Origin: Moniliella sp. 'wahieum'
Lineage: Eukaryota
Length of the DNA stretch: 64,000 bases
Reading direction: 5' to 3'
Assembly (NCBI GenBank): GCA_003971905.1
Contig: RSEE01000074.1
Coordinates: forward strand, 186,001-250,000
The notes under the pieces: generated by a model
What the model saw: the letters and a program-made list of their open reading frames with translations, nothing else
Database searches by the model: none
What the model was told of the DNA's origin: nothing
Shown here: piece after piece, positions 52,320-64,000 of the stretch
Layout: each line of letters opens with the position of its first letter
How positions within the stretch are numbered: the stretch's first letter is position 1
Position numbers and translations under genes: made by a program

Positions 52320-54435
52320 ATGGCCACCACCGCGCATCCTCCGCTTCGCACCGCCGCTATGTGCTCTCCACGAGCCACGACAGCAGTTGCAGACAGCGAC
52401 GACAGCCTCGAAGAGCAACTCCAGCCTCCCCGCTCTCTCCACGCCAATCCCACGACTCCCTCGTTGCCAGCTCCCGCCGGTGTAACTCAGCCCACTGGCA
52501 TCAAATTCGCCCGTCGCCTCTCGCCCGCACCATGGGAAGAAGACACGTCCCAGCACACCAGCCGCGAAGACTAGCCAATGCGCCTTCCCTACCCTCTCTC
52601 CAACATGCTGATCGCCCGAAACCATGGAGGAGCCCCTCGATTGAACCCTTTTCTTTCTCATCATCCCAGTCCTCCGGCCCCACCACGTCAAGAACAAGGT
52701 CCCCCCGATCCCCTGCGACGCGCTCTAAAGAGTCATTGTCCGCGGTGCCCATCCAAGAATCCGCCTCCCGTAGCACTCCAACACTTCTTCCCTTCTCTGC
52801 CGCCAGCAGCCCCAGTGTTTCTTCCATCACTGTTGCTTCGGCTCCTTCGCCCTCGTTTGCGCATACACAGCAGTTGCCGCCAGTCCTCAAAGCCAACTCT
52901 ATGTTGAGCCTGGCCTCAATTCCTGATCACCCACCCACCTCTTCTGTCATTACGCGTCATCATCCGTCTCCCTCTTGGGAAAGCCCCTTCAGTCCGTCAA
53001 GTCCAACATGTTGGTCCCCTTCGACTCCTACCTCCACACCTATGTCTGCTACCCTCGCGCTTTCCCCGCTGATTTCAGGCATCACATTTCCACCTTCCGA
53101 CAAAGAAGACTCGATTCTTTCTCGCACCAATATGGTCGCGGACGCACCTCTTATTAATCCCGATTCCACCTGTTTTCCTTCTCCGCTTCGAACAGCGCCG
53201 TCTTCTCTCTACCCTTCCTCTGGTGGCATCTCCACGCCGATCAGCCATTCTGACATCGACAGCCCAGCGACTGGAAGCAACCCAACTGTGGGCCATTCAC
53301 TCTCACCAACTAAGGAGGCCTCTTCAATCTCTAGCAACCAGACTACCAGATTTGGAACCCGGACCCTCTCGCTGCGCCCCTCACGATCTTTATTTTCTCT
53401 CTCGCTCGTTCCAAGGCTGCTGTCACTAGGTCCTATACACCCCAACGGCCGGCCCCATTGACCCCAGGACAGTTGAGCCCTGCGGCCCACTTGTCTTCTG
53501 ATCGATCAATCAACGGATCTCCACTGGACAAATTTTCACCAACGGCCCCGAGTTTTTGTTCCTCATGGACGCCGGCACCTCTCCCTTCCAACTTTGAGAA
53601 CAAGCCTTCTATGATCAAATCCCGACCCGAGGGCCTTGAAATACGCCAGGTGCGACGGCGGCAGGTGTACTCACCAGGGCTGTCAGGACGGACCACAGTT
53701 GGAGCTACCCTTGTCAGCAACCATGCAAAACTTCACTCAACCCAACCTCATGAACTCCTCTGTATTGGATCTCGTTTCCACACCGGGAGAGGAATGTGAC
53801 ACCACTCTCTTCTCCAACACCCGTACGCCGATTTCCGTGAGCTCTAGGTCGCTACCCCGAAGTAAGAGTGCCTCCCAGCTCACGGTGGGAATCGCCCCTT
53901 CATCATATCGGCATGACGGTGGTCCGAACATGTCCCCGCAGCTTGGCTTGCAATGCAACCTCCCTTCGAGCGGATCCAGTACCATCCGGGTTCGGCGTGG
54001 CCGTGATCAAGACTCATTAAAATCATCCCTCCCGCTACCCAACTTGCACCCTTATCTTCCTCCCCATGTTCATGGGGAAGCACAAAGTCAGGATCTATCC
54101 CAGTGCCTCCTTCCATTGCCGTGCATTCAGTACCCCTTTCAGCTTCGGACAGAACTACTGCAGGCTGCACCACCGTTCAATCTTCCCGATTAGACGAACA
54201 CTCGAAGTCACTATTTCCTCCTGCCTCCAGTCCTTCGTCGGAACATCTTACTCTCGCTTCCAGCCAATCTTTTGCCACCCTTGGCAGTGCACACGCTCGT
54301 GCCGCCTTGGTATCCCGCTCGATCCAACTGGAGACTGAAATTCGTCAGCTCTCCACTCAACTTTGGGGAGTTCGGTTGGCCCTTGGTCCGCAGGCGCCAA
54401 CGGGGTGCCCAAGCTGCGATGGAATCCTCAGTTAA
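52320..54435 (+). CDS. Ser/Pro-rich low-complexity hypothetical protein; frameshifted
   Basis: ATG ~52320 (MATTAHPPLRTAAM...); ORFs 52169-53461, 53458-53799, 53636-54193 and 54103-54435 tile with a uniform S/P-rich composition. Confidence 0.5.
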
Positions 54436-54551
54436 TGGTTTGCACTTGGACCCACAAAGTTGATTAATGTCCCTCCTCCCTCTCCCTCGCGTGCTCCTTC
54501 CTACACATTCTATCTCATTACCTTCAGATATCCAGCAGAGACAAACACGTA

Positions 54552-56156
54552 TCAAACGCTTTCATATCGTGGGCGACGGGATACCTCGTGAATGATCTGG
54601 TTGCTTGTATATAGGGAACGCCTTCCGCAGCAAGCTCGCACAACCATCATCAGCTGCACCTCCAACCTCTTGGCTTCATGCCGGAGTAAGATACTGACAA
54701 TCGAATTACTCCCGCCTTCAGAATCGCCTCGACTTCCGGGGTCATATAGCCCACAGTTGCAATCCAGCTTGGTGCTCGGATTGGAACGCATCATTCCAGT
54801 TGAATCCACCCGCTCGCATGCGAACGAGCTCATCAAGCAAAAACTGGTTCCCACCGGCGTGGACGTCGGGGCCCCAGCAGCCAAGGGGCGGGGATGGGTG
54901 ACCGACCAAAGCGTGGCCAGTTGCGCATCGGGGCCAGTGCCCTTGGCGGTCACGGCGGAGGAAGAGGCGGCAATGTACGGAGCATGCGACGGGATCCAAG
55001 ACCGTGCATCCTGCACCGCCGCTAACGGTCCCGACAAATCCCTCAACATCTCTGGTTTGAACCCGCGAGGCCCCCAGAGACGAGCCTGTTCCGATTGTTG
55101 CCCCCCTTCCTTCTTGGTCCCGCGCTTGGACGAGGCCGAGGCGGCACCAATCAAACTAGCCAATTATGCTCGGCACGCTCAGCAAACTCTTGTTCTACTG
55201 CCGCCTCATCCCGTTCTCGTTCCAATCGCCTTCGCTCTGCAGCGGCGGCATGGCGCTGGGCCATGTCGGCTGGGGTGAGGACACCTTGTTCCAACAGCCG
55301 TACGGCCTCCTTGCTCTCCGCCTCCTTGTCCATTTTCCCTCTCATCCAACGCCACCAACCGGGCCCGCTTTGCCAGCCGCTCCTCGCGTTGCATCGCGTC
55401 AATTTGTTGCGACAACTCTGTCTCGCGCATCGCGGAGCGCTCGTGCGCGCCTACGCCACCGCGAGACGCTGCCTTCTGACCTTCGATCCAGGCACGCGCA
55501 TTGGCTTCGTCAATGTGATGAACAAGGTTGTGGGTGACCGTCTCGACCTTGTCCAGGTAATCGTTGTAGGCACCCAAGTCGCCACCGAAATCCTCCAGAT
55601 TGCGGAAACAAATCTTGGCAATCTGTTGCCGCAACACCACTTCCCGTTCCACGTCCAAGTCCTCAAACGTCTGGGACGCAAATTCGTTTTTCCGTACAAT
55701 CGTCCCGCACACCGGACACGGGGCCGGTCCCAAGAGAAAGATGCGATCAATACAGCTTTCGCACATCTTGTGGAAACATGGGCCCACCAACAAACGCAGT
55801 TTCGGATTAAGATACCGATCGGTCATGCACTGCGTACACTTGTCGTCCGTGAACTCCATTCAACAATCCGACCACTCGTGTCGCGCTGTCGTGCCCCGTC
55901 CAGCCCCGATCATCGCTCCACCAACAACGAGTTGCGCGCCCCCACCCGCATGGTTCCGTTCCCCCGCTGGATCCACCGCCGCGCGGCGGCGCACCACGCC
56001 GCGCAGCTACACCGCCCCGCCCGGCTGTGGGGGAGTGGAGCGGGCAGAGCTAGGGGCGGATCCGATCCGGATGCCGGCAATGGATATTCCACCTCTCCCA
56101 CCACGCGATGCGGCACTCCCGCCTCTAGAGGGCGCACTTCCCCCGCGGCGAGACAT
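54552..56156 (-). CDS. TFB3: CDK-activating kinase assembly factor MAT1 / TFIIH subunit Tfb3
   Basis: RING: DDKCTQCMTDRYLNPKLRLLVGPCFHKMCESCIDRIFLLGPAPCPVC...RKNEFASQTFEDLDVEREVVLR...EDFGGDLGAYNDYLDKVETVTHNLV, followed by a coiled coil. Upstream ATG at 56156 inferred across frameshifts. Confidence 0.95.
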
Positions 56157-57403
56157 GGTAATCAAAAGGGGATGGTGGTGGCGGTGGTGATGGTGATGGT
56201 GTTAGTGGATGTGGTGGGTGTGGCAATGGCTTTGGCTTTGTCAACGGCAAGTCGAACCGCTTCCTTTCAAATTTCAATTGGGCACCTCGCCATCCATCCC
56301 ACAGTCACTCAAAAGGCACTAGTCAACGTCAGCGCGAACGAAGTTTCAAAACGTCAGTCGACAGTGGCCGATGATGCCATCGGATCAGCTCGACATCCTC
56401 CATTATGCATTGCGCGTACTTGTACCAACACATAGCTAATCGAAAATGCTGGTAACAAGGTTCCGGATAGATATGTGAGGACTACGTACAAAATTCAAGG
56501 TGGGCAAGCTGTGCAAGATTGTGCGCAAGAAATTTCGATTAGCCATGCAATCTTTCCTTTCCTTCCCGAAACTCCTTTACCCACATTCCACCCCTGCCCC
56601 TCCCCAACCACGACCGTAGAAAGTCGTGCCTGTTCAATTCTGAATATAGGGCAGATCGGAAGGATTATACCAACTTTCCTTTTGCACATCTGTCGTCCCC
56701 CTCCGTTGTTCTTGTCGAGCTCATCGTACTCTCGGGGGAGGTGCACCAGTGAGTTGGTACATATCTAGTACTAGGTATTAAAACCAGTACCCACTCGCCA
56801 CCACTGCATCTACTGCCTCATCCTCATTCCTGCCCCGTGGTTCATGCGAAGTAGGAGGCCGCGGAAAGGGTGTGCCTGATAGCTTTTTTGGAAAGACATG
56901 CGGCGGGAGGACCAACCCGAGACCATCCGTTGTTTGCTCGCCTCGCTTGCCAGATCGGCAAGACTACAATGATTATGTATCTTTTCGGGCGGTGGCAGTG
57001 GTAGGTCGAGCTCAAGCGGATCAGCCCTTCGGCCCTACACTTCAATAGTCTGCAGCCCAATGTAGGGCGAGGCGAGTGGCGAGGCACCAGGAGCGACGAG
57101 GGAGGCGGGGCACAAAAACGTTGGCGAGAACACATGTGAAACAGGGAGGAGGGGGGAAGGGTGCTTGTGGTCGGCATCAATGGGTGGTGTATGAAAAGGG
57201 GGGAAAGGGGGGGGAAAGAGAAAAGTATGGGGGTCGTCCAGTGGGGAGGGAGAAAAGGTCGTACCCGGAGACTGTTGAAAGCCCGCAACAGACTGCCCGA
57301 TGAGAAAAGGAGTAGCTTAAGAAGAAGAGAACAGAGGGCGGGATATATGGACCGTAGAAGAAAGGGTATGTGATGAGATGCCATGTCGTAGATGACAAAT
57401 CCT

Positions 57404-60400
57404 TCAAGAGCCTTGCATCTTGCGGAGGAAGTTCTGGGCGGTACTAGGCGATGATTTGGGCTCCAATGCCAAAGACGTCTCGTAGGCCATCTTGAAAGAA
57501 GGGAAAAAGGCGTCAGTACCTACGTCAAAGGGCCAAGCGAAACCAAGGAGAGACATACCTCTTCTTCCAGAATAGGAACGTCAATCAAAAGCTGGGTCAA
57601 GTCGGTATGTTCGGGGGCGGGCTGGAGCCAGCCTTTTGTGCCTTGGTCAAGGTCGAGATCGCATCGTCCATCAAGGCAAACTTGCGCCAATGCACCGCCC
57701 CATCCGCTTGCCGACGGAAGGGTTCCATCCGCGCTGGAGAGAATGTCGTGGGTGGACGCCAATGAAGGGGATGATGCGACCTGATGAATTTTCCAGGGCC
57801 AGACGGTACGCGGAGGAGGCCCGGCGGGCCGCATGAGACGGTGGAGAGACAGGTAGCGCTTGTGGCAGTTCCTTGTTCTCTTGAATAATCGCGCGGGTGC
57901 TCTTGAGCCGGTGAATGGACGAGCTGTCGAGGCCGGCCAGAACAGCATAGAGGGTATTGTAATTGTTCAACACACGAAGTCGGACCGCCACCGAATCAGT
58001 TTTCCACCATCCGCACACGAGCCTTGATCTTTGGTTTGGCCAAAATCATCGACACCACCCAAGCGGACGTGTAGTTAAAGTGGGTGATGCTGCGCTACCA
58101 GACCATGGGAAACGCGGTAGCGAGGCTTGACCAGCGCATGGCGCAGCCAGTCCCTTGGCTCAATCACACGAGAAGAACGACCACTCAATCCTGGTCATCC
58201 TCTGCCAGATTTGTTTCGTCCACAATAAGCACAGCATTGGAAACGGCCCGCAGCGATATGAGCCGCTTGCCTGCTGGAACCTCTCGTCCTCCCGAAGGCG
58301 GGCTCAGGCTGGTGGGCACCGCTGAGGAGGCCGAACTGGAGATGGACGCTGTACTGAACGACCTGCACCCGTAGGGAGGGTCGAGGAACTGTGTTAGAGC
58401 GAGGGTAGCCACCCGTTCCGATAGGTCGCAACGAAGAGCGTGGTTCCGGCAAGAGTTCTTCATGTTGCTTGTCGGACCCTTTCCCCGCTCCCACCAACAC
58501 CAGAGTGGCAAGATTGAACTATTTGGTCCGCCAGACTGAATGGGACCTTGCCCGAAGAACCAGTGAGGACGGAAGCACTTGCGTGCACGACTCTCCGCCT
58601 CAGAGGGATAACCTTCAGCCCTTGAGCCGGGGCAAGAGAAGGGGCACTGCCGACGGTACTAGTCGGTTTGCCAGAGCTGCAGCTCCACTCGACGACACAC
58701 TGGCCCGTGGTGCCGCTGCTTCGGAAATTGAGACCGAATGGTGGTGGAGGTGGAGGTGCAGCCGAGAACCTCTTTTAGCCGTGGGGAAGGGACAAAGAGG
58801 GAGCTGCGGCTGGGGCCGAAGGGGAGAGCATCGATAGGCCAGAGGGGGATAACGCCTCAGCGCCCGTTTGGCTGACTCGGTCGACGGATCCTGCTTCTCT
58901 TTCGGTTGAAGCAGAGTGGCCAGACAGAGTGCTGGTACTGCTGGTTGCCGCGCTGCCCACCGACTCGGAAACCCCCATGTCGACCCAAGAGGAGGGCGAC
59001 ATTAAAAGCGCTGCAGAGGCATCAAGCGACCACAAAATCCAAGTCAATCTCTACTGGCACAGGTCAAGGTCGGGTTTGAAGCGAACAATCATGGCCGAAG
59101 TGGCGGGATTTTGGGATATCGCTGGACAAAGGTCGAGAGTCATAGGGGCATAGTGGGGGGGCGACAAGTCACCCGGGTACTGCTGACCAGTCGTGAAACA
59201 CAGTCACAAGGCGCATGAGACCATGACGGACCAAGGCAGGGTTTTGCCCGTCGTCTTGCCCGACGATGCCGGTGTCTGCTGAGGGTCCTCGTCGGCCAAT
59301 GCGTGAAGTGGCTAATAACTCGACAGAAGCAGCTCGGGTTGAGGCAAAGGCGCGATAAAAAAACCAGCACAGCAGAGAGAAATCGGGATCTGAGCCGGCG
59401 ACCACTGCGAAGAAGAAAACGTTCCACTAGATCGGCCAGAGGACATAGACGGGCTCTTGGCCCTTGCCTTCTTTTTGCCAGAGGCCAGAGGGAAGTGCGA
59501 GTCATGGGCAGCACCGGATCCGGCCGTGGAGACGGCAGCAATCGTTTCACCCCTTCGGACGTAATTACACCCCGAGAGACGGATGTGCCGCCAATTTGGG
59601 TGGGCATAGAAGGGATAGAAACATGTTGGAGCATATCACCCGCATCGTCCTCGTCCTCGTCGTGCATCGGGTAAGACAGGGACGAGCTGGCGGTGGACAG
59701 GACCGAAATGCGACGGGAGGAGTGGGACCAAGCTGAACTGGAGACTTCATCCTCACTCTCGGCACCGTCGGGCGCAGCATCGGAGGCAGGCTCAACCTGG
59801 ACTCCTCCATCATCTTCAGAGTCGGAGGAAGAGGAAGAGGATTCAGAAGGCCCAGTGAGAGCAATGGAGGCAAGAAAATCTGATATGGAAATGGCCTCTG
59901 GGCCAGGACCAGCAGCCTGCTCCTCCTTGCATGCGCTCCCGCTCCTCGTCGTTCAAATCGTCCGGATTCATCAGTCCCCCTGGAGAAGGAAAGAGACTTG
60001 GCAGGAAGTGCGCAGTCCCTTTTCCGGCGCCCTTGCCCTCTTCAGTGGAGTGGAAGGTAGATGAGGGAAGACTAGGCTGGTGGTGGTGTCGGTGACGGAC
60101 GGTAGCCGTGGCATAGCCCAGCTGGAGATCGGCCTGATGCACCCGCTCTTGAGCCATGGAACGAAGGAGGTAGTGGAATGCATCCTTCAAACGTTTCTTG
60201 CTTTCCTCGCCAACGATGGCTGCTGCTCCGGGAGGCGGGGCAGCAGTGCTGCATTCCGTAACACCAGCGCCAAATTTAGAGGCCAACTCGCGCACCAGGA
60301 ACGGGTCGATTGCCTTGGCAGGAATATCTGACTTACATGCGAGTACGATGGTGGGGATATGGGCCTTATGGAAGAACTCTGTTGAAGAACACCTGGTCAG

Positions 60401-62694
60401 TCATGCGGTCTCCAGCTTGCGATTCAAAAGCAAAACTTTAGACTTACCAAGCAGTTCGGGCACACCCTTGAGAGAGGGAAGGTACCCCGCGTCATAGCAA
60501 ATGACTGCGCCGTCGATTTTACCATGCCCTGGACGTTCCGAGTCCACCAATTCAGTAGGCCAAGCCAGCTCGGTGCCGGTGGAGGCGACAAAGGCGGCCG
60601 AGTCGAGCTCAAGAACACGAATGTTCTCTGCAGCAGACTGATCAAGGACGCAGCGGATGGCGTAGGCACGGATTTGGTTGCTAATCAGGGTTGGACGGGA
60701 CAAACCGTACTGCCGCAACCCCTTGCGAATGACGGACGTCTTACCCACAGACCGTTGTCCCACGATTGCGACGCCCATCGTACGGACACCGTCATCGTCC
60801 AATAGATTCTTTTGACTCCGACTGTGGCTGCGTGCCCGAACTCCGGGCGGAGTGGTAGTGGGGAGGCCGTGGGAGATGGCCTTGGGGTGGAGGGGACTGC
60901 CCGAAGAGGGTCATAAGAGGATGAAGTGAGTTGCGAGCTATTGGTCAAAGTGGCCACAGACGACTTTTCCGTCAAACTCGGTCCTCCAGATGTATCCTCA
61001 AGCGGGCGTCCCAGCCGGTTTTGCTCCCGTGCGGCCTTGAAGCGCGAGGCAAAGTTTGACCCTGTTTGATCCGTCGAAGGCGCCAAGGCTTGCAATGCCG
61101 AGAGTGGCATGGCGCCCCCGCGAGGACGCAATGCCAAAGTAGACGCTGAGCTTTGGTTTGACAAAGTATGACCCCGTCTTCGCGTTCATCATCGAGTTGC
61201 TCTGTGGCAGTCATGCTGCGCTCCAATTCAGTTGGTTTCAGGGTGGAATCACCGTCGGGGGTGTCACATTCTCCCTGGCCAACGAGCTGCCAGCATGGTT
61301 GGGTGTGCGGCTATGCCGCCTGGACTGACCAAGCATAGAACTCTCCTCATCCTGCGCGGCAGAGATGGAGGATGAACTTGATGAGCGAGCTGAGAGACTT
61401 TCCTCGCCCTGTCCAAACGACGGCACGACCATCACTCCTCCGTTCAGATCCGATCCACTGGTGACCGACGCAGAGCCAGAATCTTTGGCTCCGGACCCCA
61501 AAGGGAGGGACGACACCAGACCACGAGCCCGAGCCCGAGCCCGCGTGCGGACATTGCTTGGTTTCACGGACGAGGGTAGAGGATTCGAGTCGGACTCGGC
61601 GTCGAATAGCGCACTCCTGCTCCATGCCCGGTCTTGGCACTGCTCAAAGACGTGCGGCCAGATCCAGCCAAGGACGGGGCTGCCGCTATATCTTCCCTCC
61701 CTCGACTCAGGCTGCTCGTAGGACGAGACGAGTGACGGGCCGACGAGCTGGCAAGAGATATGTTGCCCGAGTCGGGGTTGGTCGCCTCCAGTTCCAAGCT
61801 GCCTCGAGGTGTTGTATCGTCACGAGCAGATGCTGCGGCGGTTACGCCAGCCCGGGCACGTGAAGCTCGGGCGGAAGCCCTTTGGCTGCGGGGTAAAGAA
61901 GGAATAAGCTGGGGCTGGATTCACTAAGCAGTCCGGCGGGCGACAAGGGCATGGGCATTTTACCTGGAGTGGTGGCAGCGATGCGTTTCTTCCCGCCCCG
62001 TGGGGCCAAGGGGGTAGGAGCAGGCAAATCGAGTGCTGGAAGGTGGGTGGCAGACGCGATCGAGGGAGTGATGGAAGAGCGAAGGGAGGGCTGGGGCGAT
62101 TGGGTGCTGGAGGGCAGTAGCTTGACGGTTGTAGGTGGCAATTGGCCGGTGCGAACTGGTAGTGTGGTGGGTCGAGTGGGCAGATCATCTTCCTCGGCTC
62201 CGCTGGTCTCATCGCTGCGGTGGCGGTGATGATGTTGGGGTTGGGCATGGTGTTTACGGGTGTTGCGCTGGGATGTGAGGGATGGGTCGCGGGTGCTGCT
62301 GGGCGAGGCCAAGACAGCAGAGGGAGAAAGGGAGGTGGGGGCGGGGATGGGGCGTCAGCGGGCGGGCGTCAGCGGAGGGCAAAGGGGCACCGGTGTGAGG
62401 CAGGGTGAGGCGGATATGGGGCGTTCGGGTGTCGGGGGCAGATGCGCGGTCGACGGAGTACGCTGGGTGGGACGGGGCAGGGGTGACAGAGGAGCGGTTG
62501 CGCCTGCCGAAGGCGGACGAGCCGCGGCGGAGCCAGTCAAAGTCGCGCCAGCTGGAGGCAGAGGTGGGAGGGGCGGCAGGGGGGGCGCGGCTGCTGGCGT
62601 TGCTGGAGCGGAGGGATGGAGCGGGGGCGGAGTTGTCGGGGGCAGAGGCAAAGAGGCTCTGGCCGCCCGACTTGAATGCCTCCTTGAGCAGCAT
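57404..62694 (-). CDS. Ras guanine-nucleotide exchange factor (REM + CDC25) with an internal small-GTPase-like domain
   Basis: ATG 62694 (MLLKEAFKSGG); GTPase-like VAIVGQRSVGKTSVI...IDGAVICYD...IPTIVLACKSD...VTECS (~60800-60180); REM-like LADLVERFL..DPDF..FFYRAF..LMRLVTVFHDW; CDC25 LRVLNNYNTLYAVLAGLDSSSIHRLKST...SSAYRLALENSSGRIIPFIGVH; last exon MAYETSLALEPK...GS*. Confidence 0.88.
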
Positions 62695-64000
62695 GGCCGA
62701 CGGCAGAGAGGGAGGAGGGGGGAGGAGTGGCGGTGGCGGTGGCGGTGGCGGTGGGGTGTGGCGGGAAGGTGCGGGACGGGACGGGACGGGACGGGACGCG
62801 ACGGATGGGGCCCGAGGCCTGAGGCCTTTTGCGGAGGGCAGGACCCAGGCGGCTGTGGGAGTGGGGAGAGGGGGTGGGTGCAAGGGGAGAGATCGCGCAA
62901 AGCCGAAACGACGCACATGCGTCCCACGCCGCAGCCCACTCGACGCCCGCCCGACACTGGCGCCGCACCAGCGCAGCGCTGGGCGGTAGTGGACTCGTGG
63001 GTAGTCACTTCCTATATCACTCACGCCCGCAGTCACTAGGCAGGCTCAGGCCGCAGGCCCAGCACCTGCACCCACCCCCGTCCGATCCTCACTCGTTCCT
63101 CGGCATCAGCGCGAGGCGCTGCTCAGCGCTCAGGCTCAGCCGCTCCCCGGCCGTCGGTGGCGAAGCTGACCTGTGACCTGGTGATCCACCTAGTGCATGA
63201 CCGCCAACACTGCCGCTGTCCTGCCCATTGTAAGTCGCCTCACTTTGCGCCTTTGTCTGCTCACCGGTGCTCACCGCTGAGTGGCTGGCATATGTGGCAT
63301 GCGCCCGCGAGCCACAGACACTGACTAGCGAAGCTTCCAGTCACTACCCATTAGCCACTAGCCAAGTGGCCCACCCCACGCACCACACCAGTCTTGCACC
63401 ACGCCCCCTTTACCCCACAGCAGGCCACACGCGGTAGCTCCTTTTCCTTTCCAGCGCCCTCTGTCCTCTCCGTGCTACAGAAACGGGAAGGACGGAAGCC
63501 CCCTTGGCTTCAAAAGCATCAAGCTCCAGCTCTGTCTGCATTCATGCAATCCATCATCCATCATCCAACGTGTGTTGGCGCCGGCCATACCAACCTACAT
63601 ACACCCGGCTGCCTCGCTTTACGCGTGGTCTTCTCGGCCCCTTCTGGCAACGCGGCATCCGCGTTACACCCACCCTACCCGCGGAAACAGGCCAACGCAT
63701 GCTGGCAGTTGCCCTGTTCCCACCGGCCGCCTTCACCTGAGGGAGGGAGGAAGCCTCTCTGAGAGATTGGCTGTCTCGGATATAGAGACGAGTATTACTA
63801 CCGAGAGGGAAATGTTGGCCTATAGAAAGCCAGATAAGTCGAAAAGAATGAGAACCTTGTGATAGATTTGAGCCGAAGGCTCTGGGTGCAGAAGCATCTA
63901 TATGTAGGGCGTCGGACTATAGGAACAGGGCAGGTGAGGCACGCACAAGAGAAAATAGAGGGAGGGCAGATGCAGGGTCACAGGGGCTGTGCCATCACAC

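Noticed and set aside
55095..56435. Long plus-strand ORF (446 aa), and similar long antisense ORFs such as 40974-41852 and 62260-63039
   Set aside because: These are shadow ORFs opposite real genes in GC-rich, stop-poor DNA.

Overview
GC-rich eukaryotic DNA that looks fungal and probably basidiomycete (inference from short GT-AG introns with CTRAC-type branch sites and from the protein families). Nearly every gene has single-base indels that split it across frames, which is typical of an unpolished long-read assembly, so most gene boundaries are approximate. About 25 protein-coding loci can be read. Recognisable ones are dihydroxyacetone kinase, ARPC3, a Pmp3 proteolipid, a GCK-III/Ste20-like kinase, a Zn2Cys6 transcription factor, a LURP-one/Tubby-C-like protein, Rvs167-type BAR-SH3, a SamB/Mub1 MYND finger, Coq10, a TRIC-like membrane protein, TenA/Pet18, eIF2B-gamma, eL43, EMC4, Tfb3/MAT1 and a RasGEF carrying an atypical small-GTPase domain. 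Several low-complexity hypothetical proteins are also present. No rRNA, tRNA, CRISPR array or intact transposon was recognised by eye. The most interesting observations are a possible Myb/SANT-like-TenA fusion, an orphan protein with three copies of an unrecognised ~35-aa repeat, a recurring CTCAG-rich element upstream of many start codons, and intergenic patches each built from one short palindromic word.
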